This document shows, in pieces, positions 56,181 through 64,000 of a stretch of 64,000 nt of DNA. Position numbers and translations under genes: made by a program. Positions within the stretch are counted from its first letter, which is position 1, and every line of letters begins with the position of its first letter. Origin of the DNA: an uncultured Burkholderiales bacterium (GTDB lineage: Bacteria > Actinomycetota > Acidimicrobiia > IMCC26256 > JAGPDB01); NCBI GenBank assembly GCA_964516875.1, contig CAZFAO010000005.1, forward strand, positions 3,588 through 67,587, given 5' to 3'. The notes beneath the pieces were generated by a model that saw nothing but the letters and a program-made list of their open reading frames with translations, did no database searches and had not been told where the DNA came from.

Positions 56181-56282
56181 ATGGGTTCACTAATCAAAAA
56201 GCGCCGCAAGCGCATGCGTAAGAAGAAGCACAAGAAGCTTCTGAAAAAGACTCGTTGGCAGCGACGCCAGCAGGGTAAATAA
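56181..56282 (+). CDS. Actinobacterial small ribosomal protein bS22 (33 aa)
   Basis: Own translation; the ORF is below the track cutoff. MGSLIKKRRKRMRKKKHKKLLKKTRWQRRQQGK closely resembles the mycobacterial bS22 sequence as I recall it (MGSVIKKRRKRM.KKKHRKLL..TR.QRR..GK). Confidence 0.8.
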   Translation: MGSLIKKRRKRMRKKKHKKLLKKTRWQRRQQGK

Positions 56283-56307
56283 CTACTGCTTGCAGCATAT
56301 TTCATCA

Positions 56308-57195
56308 TTAAATAATTGTGCTTACAGCGCTTAAACGAACATCATCAAAATGTTCGTCAGCTTTGATTTTGTTGTAGAGATGATCTATTCGATCTGTTAC
56401 ATCAACGATAAAAAAGGTCGATCCCGATCCTGCTAAAACACATTGCTGTCCAAGCTGAGTTTCCAGTGCAGCTTTGAACTCTCCTAAGTGCGGGAAAAGA
56501 TCATACGCTCCTATAGCGAGATCGTTGTGTAAAGTCCCAGTGAGCTCAGCAATAGCTTCTGGAGATGCAATTCCTGGGTCAACAGGGCGTCCCAATTCTT
56601 CATATCTGCGAAAAACATCAGGCGTGGAGCACTCGATGTCGGGCGTGATCACAAGCACCGAGAGATCAGTAAAATATTCACGTGAACTTTTCTCGAGAAG
56701 CTCCACATGTTCACCGCGTCCACGCATCCATAATGCTTGCGAATATACACATGCAGCAATGTCGCTTCCAATGCTCGACCCCAAGGCTGCGAGCTCACTC
56801 ACCGACAACACATTGCCACATATATCATTGAGTGTTCGCAACGTTGCAGCTGCATCGGCAGAACCACCACCGAGTCCAGCAGACGTTGGGATGGACTTAA
56901 GAAGATAAAAAGTCGTTTCATTGAGAATTGGGTATTTATTGTGAATTTTTTCATGGTGCATAAATATTTTCCACGCTTGCACAACAAGATTTGTATCATC
57001 AGCCTCTAATACGGACTGCGTTCCATCAACATTTCCCACAGTCAGGAGCGGAGTGCCCGAAGAACTCGTTTCGAGGGAATCTGCAACTTCGGGAAGAAAG
57101 ACAGTAAGTGCTTCGAGATTATTAAACCCATCATCGCGCTTGTCGCGCATGCGCAACGTTAACGTGAGTTTGGCAGAGGCATTTTCAATCTGCAT
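56308..57195 (-). CDS. ispE: 4-diphosphocytidyl-2-C-methyl-D-erythritol kinase
   Basis: GHMP kinase motif IPTSAGLGGGSADAAATL. ATG 57195 has AAAAGG 7 nt upstream and overlaps the rsmA 3' end; the track start is 57231. Confidence 0.85.
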   Translation of the reverse strand: MQIENASAKLTLTLRMRDKRDDGFNNLEALTVFLPEVADSLETSSSGTPLLTVGNVDGTQSVLEADDTNLVVQAWKIFMHHEKIHNKYPILNETTFYLLKSIPTSAGLGGGSADAAATLRTLNDICGNVLSVSELAALGSSIGSDIAACVYSQALWMRGRGEHVELLEKSSREYFTDLSVLVITPDIECSTPDVFRRYEELGRPVDPGIASPEAIAELTGTLHNDLAIGAYDLFPHLGEFKAALETQLGQQCVLAGSGSTFFIVDVTDRIDHLYNKIKADEHFDDVRLSAVSTII

Positions 57196-58063
57196 TGTGT
57201 GCCTTTTCGGATGCATGAAAAAGATTGGCAAAATCTTCCAACGTACATTGTTCCGGACGTAACGTTGGTTCTAGATGTGCTGATTGGAAAATTGCTGTGA
57301 TCTCATCCCCAAGGTAGCTCGAGAGAGATTTCCTCAACATTTTTCGACGTTGCCCAAACGCCAAATCAATCATTGAAAAAAATTGATCGACGCGTGATGG
57401 ATGCACATTCACCAACGGAGTATCTCTGCGGGTAAGTTGGATCACAACAGAATCAACACGGGGTTGGGGGATAAAAGATTGACGCTGCACATTAAACACC
57501 GTCGAAACATCCATATAAAACTGTACTTTATAGGTGATGGCCGATACTTCACGTGTGCCCAAAGGAGCACCTAATCGTTCCCCCACTTCTTTTTGCACCA
57601 TGGCAACAATGTTTTTTGCACTAGGTGTTGTGCTCGCAATATTTGCTAACAACGGTGCAGAAATATTGTAAGGGAGATTCCCAATAATTGTTTCGACGTT
57701 ATTTTCAGAACACATTTTTTCTAGATCGACATTCATGACATCTTCATTCAGCACACTCACTTTATTCTCAACACCAAACCGCGTAAGGATCTGGTGGAGA
57801 GGATCAAGAATGTATTGATCATATTCAATTGCGTAAACATGTTGTGAATGACGAGCGAGTGGAACTGTAAGCGAACCAATTCCTGGACCAATTTCAATGA
57901 CATTTTGTTGCGGCTGGATTGATTCTGCAATTTTTTGAGAAACATTAGGATCAACTAAAAAGTTCTGACCAAGAGCACGTGAAGCAGAAACTGTGTACAT
58001 GTGCTGGAGCTCTTTAAGAACACTGAGCGTTACACCTGAGTTATCTGAATTCATGGGTGACAT
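57185..58063 (-). CDS. rsmA: 16S rRNA (adenine1518/1519-N6)-dimethyltransferase
   Basis: 292 aa. LGQNFLVD, VIEIGPGIGSLT and GNLPYNIS motifs. Confidence 0.93.
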   Translation of the reverse strand: MSPMNSDNSGVTLSVLKELQHMYTVSASRALGQNFLVDPNVSQKIAESIQPQQNVIEIGPGIGSLTVPLARHSQHVYAIEYDQYILDPLHQILTRFGVENKVSVLNEDVMNVDLEKMCSENNVETIIGNLPYNISAPLLANIASTTPSAKNIVAMVQKEVGERLGAPLGTREVSAITYKVQFYMDVSTVFNVQRQSFIPQPRVDSVVIQLTRRDTPLVNVHPSRVDQFFSMIDLAFGQRRKMLRKSLSSYLGDEITAIFQSAHLEPTLRPEQCTLEDFANLFHASEKAHNAD

Positions 58064-58067
58064 TATC

Positions 58068-59312
58068 TCACCATGAGAGCGAAACCGAGACTACCCCTTG
58101 AGATGTCGAAGCAATTTTTGAGAAGCCTTCTTTCGATAAATCGATAATGCGACCAGCACCAAAGGGCCCTCGATCGGCAACTCGACACGTCGTGCTCGCT
58201 CCCGAAGAAGCGTTGGTTACCGTTACGGTGGTTCCCATCGGCAATGTTTTATGCGCACACGTTCCTGATGGCGCTGCATAAAATGTTGCTGAGCCGCTCT
58301 GAGTTTGCGGGTTCTTCGTGCCGACTAAAAGGATTTGAGAAACGGGGGCTTTCGTCACAACATGACCTGATTCTGTTTCTGAAACAACTGCTCCATCTTT
58401 CATTGTTTGCGTAAACGTCACCGTTTCAGATCCGACAACACCTGCACGCTTGATGGATGTTTTACCTTTCAACAACGTTGAATCATTTTGTTTCTCGACC
58501 GGAAAAGGAATACTTCTCTCTTGTGTTCGGGTTGATGATGAGACGCGCGTAACAGACACATTTATTACGCCCAGTGCCGGTGTTTCACGTGGTGGTGTCA
58601 CAATGTCGTCACCATCAATAATGATTCCGTTATTCGCTACAACTTCTCCTACGGTGAGATCCGTGGTTGAGATAGGTGTTGTTGTTGCATCAATACTGAG
58701 TGACATTTCTTTTTCATGACGAAATTCAAGAGCCGGTGCAGATCGTCGCGAGGTATAGACAGACCTATCAAAATCGGTTTGCAAAGGAACAAGATCTTTC
58801 AAGTCGTGCTTACTTTGAAAGTCATCCATCGACGTTGCAACAGACAGCACCGAAGACTGAACACCTTCGATGACAACGGGGATCCGCGTCGGAACCAGCA
58901 CGCTCTGACTGGCTTTCATCGACACTGTTTGATCTGGCTGCATGGCTGCGTATAGCGACATGGATCCAGCAATGAGAACGGCAATAATGGCAGAGGCAAT
59001 CGCATATTTTTGGAACTTAGCTCGGCGCTTTAATACAAGTGTCCGCCGATGGCTTCTCCACCGACGGTGGCTGAGATCCCGATTGGCCTTCTTCTCGTGC
59101 TCAATCGCGCCCTTCATCTCCGGATCGACAAAAACATATCCTTTGCCAGCCTCATCGACACGGACAGCTCGAGTTTGACCTGAATCGACAAGGAGTCGAG
59201 GGTCAAGAAGATCTTCCAGTTCAGGAAGAGAGGCCAAAGATTCAATGGGAATCCAAGACTCAGGTTCTGGGGCCGCTTTTCGGGCCGGGGATGGACGCAT
59301 GAAGCTCTCCAC
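58068..59312 (-). CDS. RpfB-architecture cell-wall protein: TM, DUF348-like region, G5 domain, and RlpA-like DPBB domain
   Basis: One TM (AIASAIIAVLIAGSMSLYAA). G5 block (RSIPFPVEKQNDSTLLKGKTSIKRAGVVGSETVTF). The C-terminus ATFYAAPSGTCAHKTLPMGTTVTVTN...RVADRGPFGAGRIIDLS matches the RlpA double-psi beta-barrel, not an Rpf domain. The start is GTG 59312 or ATG 59300. Confidence 0.75.
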   Translation of the reverse strand: MESFMRPSPARKAAPEPESWIPIESLASLPELEDLLDPRLLVDSGQTRAVRVDEAGKGYVFVDPEMKGAIEHEKKANRDLSHRRWRSHRRTLVLKRRAKFQKYAIASAIIAVLIAGSMSLYAAMQPDQTVSMKASQSVLVPTRIPVVIEGVQSSVLSVATSMDDFQSKHDLKDLVPLQTDFDRSVYTSRRSAPALEFRHEKEMSLSIDATTTPISTTDLTVGEVVANNGIIIDGDDIVTPPRETPALGVINVSVTRVSSSTRTQERSIPFPVEKQNDSTLLKGKTSIKRAGVVGSETVTFTQTMKDGAVVSETESGHVVTKAPVSQILLVGTKNPQTQSGSATFYAAPSGTCAHKTLPMGTTVTVTNASSGASTTCRVADRGPFGAGRIIDLSKEGFSKIASTSQGVVSVSLSW

Positions 59313-59353
59313 GCTAGCCAGAGCTGCCCCCTGAATCCAGTTTCTAGGGAGAT

Positions 59354-60835
59354 ATGTCCCATTTATCAGGAAATAAGTGGAATAAATCCCTTAGGAAACA
59401 CCCCAAAATGCACGAAGTTATAGGTATGTCCACCCGAGAGTCAAAAACTCATAATTTCTGGCCGGCGCGAATTGTCGCGACTCTCTTTCTCCTCGTCGTG
59501 CTCGGATCGATGGCCGGTGGAGAATATCAAACCCAAAAGAACTCTCGTCAGGACTTAGAAGATCGTTTTGCTGTCCGCGCCACGACTGCTTCTTCTTTCC
59601 TTGATTCTTATGTCTCGTACACACTCGACCGTGAACAAGAGCTCGCAAAAATGCGATTGGGTGATCCTGTCGTTACTCATGATCAGTTTCTCGACTATCT
59701 CGATGATTTTGGATTTGGCCCGTCTGTTCTCCTGGACTCAACAGGACACGCACTCGACACAGCCCCCTATAAAGAAGCACTCATCGGAACTCAACTTTCC
59801 GCTGAGTATGAATATCTCAACCATGCTGTCAACGGGAAACAAGGAGTCTCCAACGTTGTTCCTTCCGCAGCACAAGGTTTTCCCATGGTGGCATTCGCAA
59901 CACCTTTTGAATCGCAAGTGGGAACACGAGTCATCAGTGGCGCATACGATCTGACTACCAAACCGCTGGGCAACTACTTAAAGAATGCAATTCCCTACCC
60001 CAAAGGCAAGGTCTATCTTGTCGATGCAAACAATCAAATCATTGCATCAAACTCAGATAGAAGTGGAACACTTGAATCCGCTGACGAAGATTTGGCACAA
60101 GCAAACGCCAAATCATCACGCGGGAGTTTTACATCCAAATCAGGAGACGATTCCTTCTTCGTTTCAGAAAAAATTGACGGCACGCCATGGACAATCATTC
60201 TCGCTGTTGATACAGAAACTCTGTTTGAACCAGTTAGTGGATTTAATAGAATCCTTCCATGGATTTTCTTGTCCTGTTTCGCAGTCGTTGCCAGCGTCCT
60301 TGTATGGATGTTGATCGCAGGACGTGAACGCCGAATGCGACTCCAAGATGTTGCACTGATTGACCTTTTGACAGGTATTTATAATCCTCGAGGTATAAAA
60401 GGCCACCTTAATCGCCTTCTCAGTGGATCACGTCGCCACGATAACGACCTCAGTGTCTTCATGATTGATATTGATGATTTCAAACAATTCAACGAGACCT
60501 ACGGAAACAATGTTGGCGATGAAATCTTGACACTGGTATCAGAAGAAATTCAAAAACGTCTTCGCACTGAAGATATTGTCGGACGTTGGGGCGGCGAAGA
60601 ATTTGTTGTTGTTCTTCCCGATACCAATACAGGTGGGGCCAACATCGTTGCTGAGAGAATCTGTCGCGGCGTCAAAGAAGATGTGAGATCAGTTACTGAA
60701 GAAGATGCTCATGTGACAATTTCTATCGGAATCGCTTCAATAGAACCAGACGATACTGTCGATAAAATTATTGCGCGTGCCGACGAAGCATTGCGCGAAG
60801 CAAAAGCTTCGGGGAAGAACCAAGTCCGTTCCTAA
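59354..60835 (+). CDS. Diguanylate cyclase with periplasmic Cache-like sensor
   Basis: Two TM helices flank a ~260-aa extracytoplasmic domain. The C-terminal GGDEF domain has RWGGEEF. The start is uncertain (59354, 59408 or 59426). Confidence 0.8.
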   Translation: MSHLSGNKWNKSLRKHPKMHEVIGMSTRESKTHNFWPARIVATLFLLVVLGSMAGGEYQTQKNSRQDLEDRFAVRATTASSFLDSYVSYTLDREQELAKMRLGDPVVTHDQFLDYLDDFGFGPSVLLDSTGHALDTAPYKEALIGTQLSAEYEYLNHAVNGKQGVSNVVPSAAQGFPMVAFATPFESQVGTRVISGAYDLTTKPLGNYLKNAIPYPKGKVYLVDANNQIIASNSDRSGTLESADEDLAQANAKSSRGSFTSKSGDDSFFVSEKIDGTPWTIILAVDTETLFEPVSGFNRILPWIFLSCFAVVASVLVWMLIAGRERRMRLQDVALIDLLTGIYNPRGIKGHLNRLLSGSRRHDNDLSVFMIDIDDFKQFNETYGNNVGDEILTLVSEEIQKRLRTEDIVGRWGGEEFVVVLPDTNTGGANIVAERICRGVKEDVRSVTEEDAHVTISIGIASIEPDDTVDKIIARADEALREAKASGKNQVRS

Positions 60836-61684
60836 TCATTGGCGAAAAAGAGTCTGGGCATTCGCAAACAATGCCGACACAATATCTTCTCGCGTATCTC
60901 CACATTCTTGCGTGCGTATCTCGACGATCTGATCGACAACATAGGCAACGTAACTCGGTTCATTCAACTTCCCTCGGTGAGGAACAGGAGCTAACCATGG
61001 AGCATCCGTTTCGCACAACAAACGCTCCAGTGGTGTGACAACAATCGCGTCGCGAATTTCTTGTGCATTTTTGAATGTAGCAATTCCCGATATAGAAATA
61101 TATGCACCGTTGTCGACGCAACGAATAGCTTCTTTCGGACCGCCCGTAAAACAATGGAGCACAACTTTGCTGGGCCATTTTTCCTTCTCAAGTAAACCAA
61201 AAGTGTCGTCCCACGCGTCACGAGTGTGGATGACCATTGTGCGGTCAAATTCTTTTGCAAGACCAATCTGCCACACAAACGATTCCGTCTGATCGTTCTG
61301 AGTGGAATGGTTATAAAAAAAGTCGTATCCCGTTTCACCTATGCCAGCAATAAGATCAATGTTGTCTGATAAAAGTTTTTCTAGTTGAGATTTCTGTTCG
61401 CCCAGGTGCTGCGCTTCGTGTGGATGTAAACCCATCGTCGCTTTCACATCAAGATCATCAAGCCCAAGTGCCTGTCGTTCGTCTTGGACCATGCGAACAA
61501 CATCGATGGAGCGTTGAGTCGTCTCCACATCGCAACCAATGACGTTGATTGCACGAACGCCTGCTTCATACGCACGCGGCAGTTGATCACGAGCATCATT
61601 GAGAGAATCAAAATGGCAGTGTGTGTCGAACAGCTTGCAGGGTCCGACCCTGCAAAAATCATCTGACCCAATACCAGTCACCAC
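60836..61684 (-). CDS. tatD: TatD-family metal-dependent hydrolase/DNase
   Basis: FDTHCHFD plus conserved His/Asp/Glu positions (HPHEA, GETGYDF, IHTRDA, LHCF, ETDAPWL). GTG start with GAAGGG SD. The N-terminal ~17 aa include a translated palindromic element. Confidence 0.88.
   Translation of the reverse strand: MVTGIGSDDFCRVGPCKLFDTHCHFDSLNDARDQLPRAYEAGVRAINVIGCDVETTQRSIDVVRMVQDERQALGLDDLDVKATMGLHPHEAQHLGEQKSQLEKLLSDNIDLIAGIGETGYDFFYNHSTQNDQTESFVWQIGLAKEFDRTMVIHTRDAWDDTFGLLEKEKWPSKVVLHCFTGGPKEAIRCVDNGAYISISGIATFKNAQEIRDAIVVTPLERLLCETDAPWLAPVPHRGKLNEPSYVAYVVDQIVEIRTQECGDTREDIVSALFANAQTLFRQ
61635..61659. repeat. 25-nt palindromic hairpin element, copy 1 (inside tatD codons 9-17)
   Basis: TTGCAGGGTCCGACCCTGCAAAAAT, with stem GCAGGGTC/GACCCTGC. 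Confidence 0.8.
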
Positions 61685-61708
61685 TTATACCCTTCTATAT
61701 CTTCTCCA

Positions 61709-61733
61709 TTTTTGCAGGGTCGGACCCTGCAAA
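61709..61733. repeat. 25-nt palindromic hairpin element, copy 2 (between metG stop and tatD SD)
   Basis: Its reverse complement is 25/25 identical to copy 1, so the two copies are inverted relative to each other, 49 nt apart. Confidence 0.8.
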
Positions 61734-61738
61734 CAGAA

Positions 61739-63265
61739 CTACTCTTCGATCCTCGGAAATAACGATTCACCTTTTTCAAGAGTGAGCCCTGCAGGGTAAG
61801 AGCCCCAAGCAATATCGTCGGGCAATCGTATTTTTTCGATGGGTTGAACTTCAGATAACCCAAGACGGCGCCACAGTTCTTCAGCAGTTTCGGGCATCGC
61901 TGGGTACGCCATCAAACACACAGCACGCAAAGCTTCAAGACAATCACCGAGTACTGCTTGCGCAGCAACCATATCAGTTTTCGCGAGCTTAAACGGTTCG
62001 CGCGTTTCGATATACGCGTTTGCTGAACCAATAAGATTCCAAATTGTTTCGTGTGCTTCTGAAAAGTTGAAATCTTCAAATTGCGCGTTCGCTTTGGTAA
62101 ACGTTTCTGCAATCTGGTCTTTCAGTACTCCATTTTCACGAGCTTCAGGTGATATGCCGTCGCAGTATTTAATCGCCATATTCAACACACGACTTGCCAA
62201 GTTTCCAAAGTTGTTTGCCAAGTCAGAATTGTATCGAGCCAACATCTGTTCGTAACTGAAATCGCCGTCGCCACCAAAACGCTGATCGGCAACAAAATGA
62301 TAGCGATAACCATCAACACCAAAGGTGGGAATGAGATCACCCGGAACGATTTGGTTCGCTTTTGATTTACTCATCTTCTCGCCACCGACGGTTAAGAAAC
62401 CGTGTGCAAATACAGTCTTGGGAGGCTCTAAGCCAGCAGCCATAAGCATGGCCGGCCAGTACACGGCATGGAAACGCACAATGTCTTTCCCGACAAAGTG
62501 AACTCCCGGCCAGTATTGATCGAATTTTTTCTTATCGTCAGGATAACCAATAGCTGTGATGTAGTTGGTGAGTGCATCAAACCACACGTACGTCACATGT
62601 TGTTCTTCCCAGGGAAGAGAAATTCCCCAGTTAATCGATGTTCGAGAAATGGAAAAATCGCGCAATCCTGATTCAATGAAACTTAATACTTCATTGCGTC
62701 GCGATTGAGGTTGGATTGCTTCAGGATGGGCGGCGTAATGCTCTTTGAGTTTGTCTTCGAATGCACTGAGTTTAAAAAAGTAATTTTTTTCGCGAACATG
62801 TTCAACAGGTTTACCATGGAACGGACAATTGCCGTCAACAAGATCATCTTCTGTGTAATACGCTTCACATGCCACACAGTAGAGACCTTCGTATGTTCCT
62901 AACTCGACATAACCAGCGTCGTATACCTTCTGCAAAATCTCACGAACAGCTTTACGGTGACGAGGTTCGGTGGTTCGAATAAAATCATCATTACTGATAT
63001 TGAGTTCTTTCCACAGTTCCTTAAATCGCTCAGAATAAAAATCAGCAAGTTCTTGTGGAGTCATTCCCTTTTCTTCAGCAGCACGCTGCAACTTCAAACC
63101 GTGCTCATCTGTTCCTGTTAAAAACATCACGTCATCACCAATTAACCGGTGCCATCGGGCAGCGACATCAGCAGAAATGGTTGTATATGCGCTTCCCATG
63201 TGGGGGGCATCATTCACATAGTAAATGGGTGTAGTGACGTAAAAGGACTTTGCCATGGAATACAA
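61739..63265 (-). CDS. metG: Methionyl-tRNA synthetase
   Basis: 508 aa. HMGSAY (HIGH-type) and KMSKSK motifs, with a Zn knuckle CVACEAYY...CPFHG. Confidence 0.95.
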   Translation of the reverse strand: MYSMAKSFYVTTPIYYVNDAPHMGSAYTTISADVAARWHRLIGDDVMFLTGTDEHGLKLQRAAEEKGMTPQELADFYSERFKELWKELNISNDDFIRTTEPRHRKAVREILQKVYDAGYVELGTYEGLYCVACEAYYTEDDLVDGNCPFHGKPVEHVREKNYFFKLSAFEDKLKEHYAAHPEAIQPQSRRNEVLSFIESGLRDFSISRTSINWGISLPWEEQHVTYVWFDALTNYITAIGYPDDKKKFDQYWPGVHFVGKDIVRFHAVYWPAMLMAAGLEPPKTVFAHGFLTVGGEKMSKSKANQIVPGDLIPTFGVDGYRYHFVADQRFGGDGDFSYEQMLARYNSDLANNFGNLASRVLNMAIKYCDGISPEARENGVLKDQIAETFTKANAQFEDFNFSEAHETIWNLIGSANAYIETREPFKLAKTDMVAAQAVLGDCLEALRAVCLMAYPAMPETAEELWRRLGLSEVQPIEKIRLPDDIAWGSYPAGLTLEKGESLFPRIEE

Positions 63266-63295
63266 GGATAGCGTCGCGATGCGAGTCGCGTCGCC

Positions 63296-64000
63296 CTAAG
63301 TCTCTCGAATCTCAGCGTACATTTTCTTCAGGCGGTTTTTTGGCAGTTGTGTGAGTCCGGAGAGGGCATCGATGGCATCACGCGTTGTTACCCCTGCGGC
63401 ATGGAGGACCTTCATTGCGTGAGCAATATCGGCTTCATTTTCTTCGACGTCACTCTCCCGATCTGTCCCTTCGACGACGACAACGCATTCTCCTTTAACT
63501 TCTCCAGCGAAATGTTCAGCGAGTTCGGCCAACGTTGCGCGTTTTATTTCTTCAAACTTCTTGGTCAGTTCACGGCACACAACAGCTCTGCGATCGGGAT
63601 CAAGGTGTTCTGCCAAATTGCTAAGTGTTGCGTGGAGCCGTTTGGGCGATTCGTAAAAAATGGTAGTTGCCGGTGACGTTACAATATGTTTCGTTATTTC
63701 TGATCTCTTTTTTGATTCACGAGGAAAAAATCCTACGAAACTAAAATTCGTGTGAGGAAAACCAGATAGCGCAAGTGCCGTGGTAACCGCAGTCGCACCC
63801 GGAATTGCAGTGACCATCACTTGAGCTTCATGGGCACGATCAACCAAGTACGCTCCTGGATCACTAATGGCGGGCATTCCCGCATCACTTGCATAAGCAA
63901 CGGATGAACCTTCGTTAATACGTGTGATGATGTTGTCTGCTTGTTCAAACTCATTGTGATCGTGAATCGCAATAATGTCGCGTGTCCCTCGATCAATCCC
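63296..64000 (-). CDS. rsmI: 16S rRNA (cytidine1402-2'-O)-methyltransferase, N-terminus beyond window end
   Basis: SDAGMPAISDPG and FYESPKRL motifs. My translation continues in frame upstream of the track's Met at 63877 to the window edge (...IAIHDHNEFEQADNIITRINEGSSVAYASDAGMPA). Confidence 0.88.
   Translation of the reverse strand, partial: GIDRGTRDIIAIHDHNEFEQADNIITRINEGSSVAYASDAGMPAISDPGAYLVDRAHEAQVMVTAIPGATAVTTALALSGFPHTNFSFVGFFPRESKKRSEITKHIVTSPATTIFYESPKRLHATLSNLAEHLDPDRRAVVCRELTKKFEEIKRATLAELAEHFAGEVKGECVVVVEGTDRESDVEENEADIAHAMKVLHAAGVTTRDAIDALSGLTQLPKNRLKKMYAEIRET

Noticed and set aside
61660-61708. Invertible promoter/SD switch between the two inverted 25-nt repeats
   Set aside because: The spacer is only 49 nt, no recombinase gene is nearby, and each repeat is itself a palindrome. 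Inversion would barely change the sequence context, so RNA hairpins are the simpler explanation.

Overview
This is a densely coding 64-kb chromosomal window that reads as an actinobacterium with moderately low GC. That assignment is an inference from two Rpf-related cell-wall proteins, a 33-aa bS22 ribosomal-protein ORF, a 6C-like sRNA, LAxTG/LPxTG sortase substrates, many leaderless or ATGA-coupled starts, and gene order. The backbone is the conserved actinobacterial housekeeping block, all on the minus strand: rsmI-metG-tatD-rpfB(like)-rsmA-ispE ... glmU-prs-rplY-pth-mfd-PPIase-mazG-eno-ftsB/divIC-DUF501-ppx. From memory this corresponds to the M. tuberculosis Rv1003-Rv1026 neighbourhood. 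The window also holds proS, orn, tRNA-Leu(UAA) and tRNA-Gln(UUG). Accessory segments are interleaved with the backbone:
(a) A cobalamin-riboswitch-controlled secreted alpha-toroid protein sits back-to-back with an ECF T/AA'/S transporter module.
(b) A membrane-anchored Rpf fused to a propeller-like repeat array lies next to a sortase-anchored DUF3494 ice-binding-like protein.
(c) A sugar cluster encodes a trehalose-phosphatase-like HAD protein, a ROK kinase, a DUF4432 protein and a GH15 enzyme.
(d) A ~16.5-kb accessory stretch lies between glmU and ispE. It carries a 1138-aa LPFTG surface protein, a CotH/LTD protein, a desaturase, an SOS-type small-ORF plus UmuC-like polymerase pair, and several unknown proteins.
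Structure not explained by genes includes three things. A modular dispersed repeat family (GTCATYCAGAG...GAAGRATCTC) occurs at four loci, and one copy is translated as a gene's C-terminus and supplies the next gene's SD. A 23-25-nt palindromic hairpin family sits at operon junctions. Near-identical 20-nt direct repeats bracket an unknown 277-aa ORF wedged between prs and rplY. I found no transposase, integrase, CRISPR array, rRNA or recognisable defence or toxin system. All calls were made by eye from the sequence and the ORF track, and no database or covariance-model search was possible.
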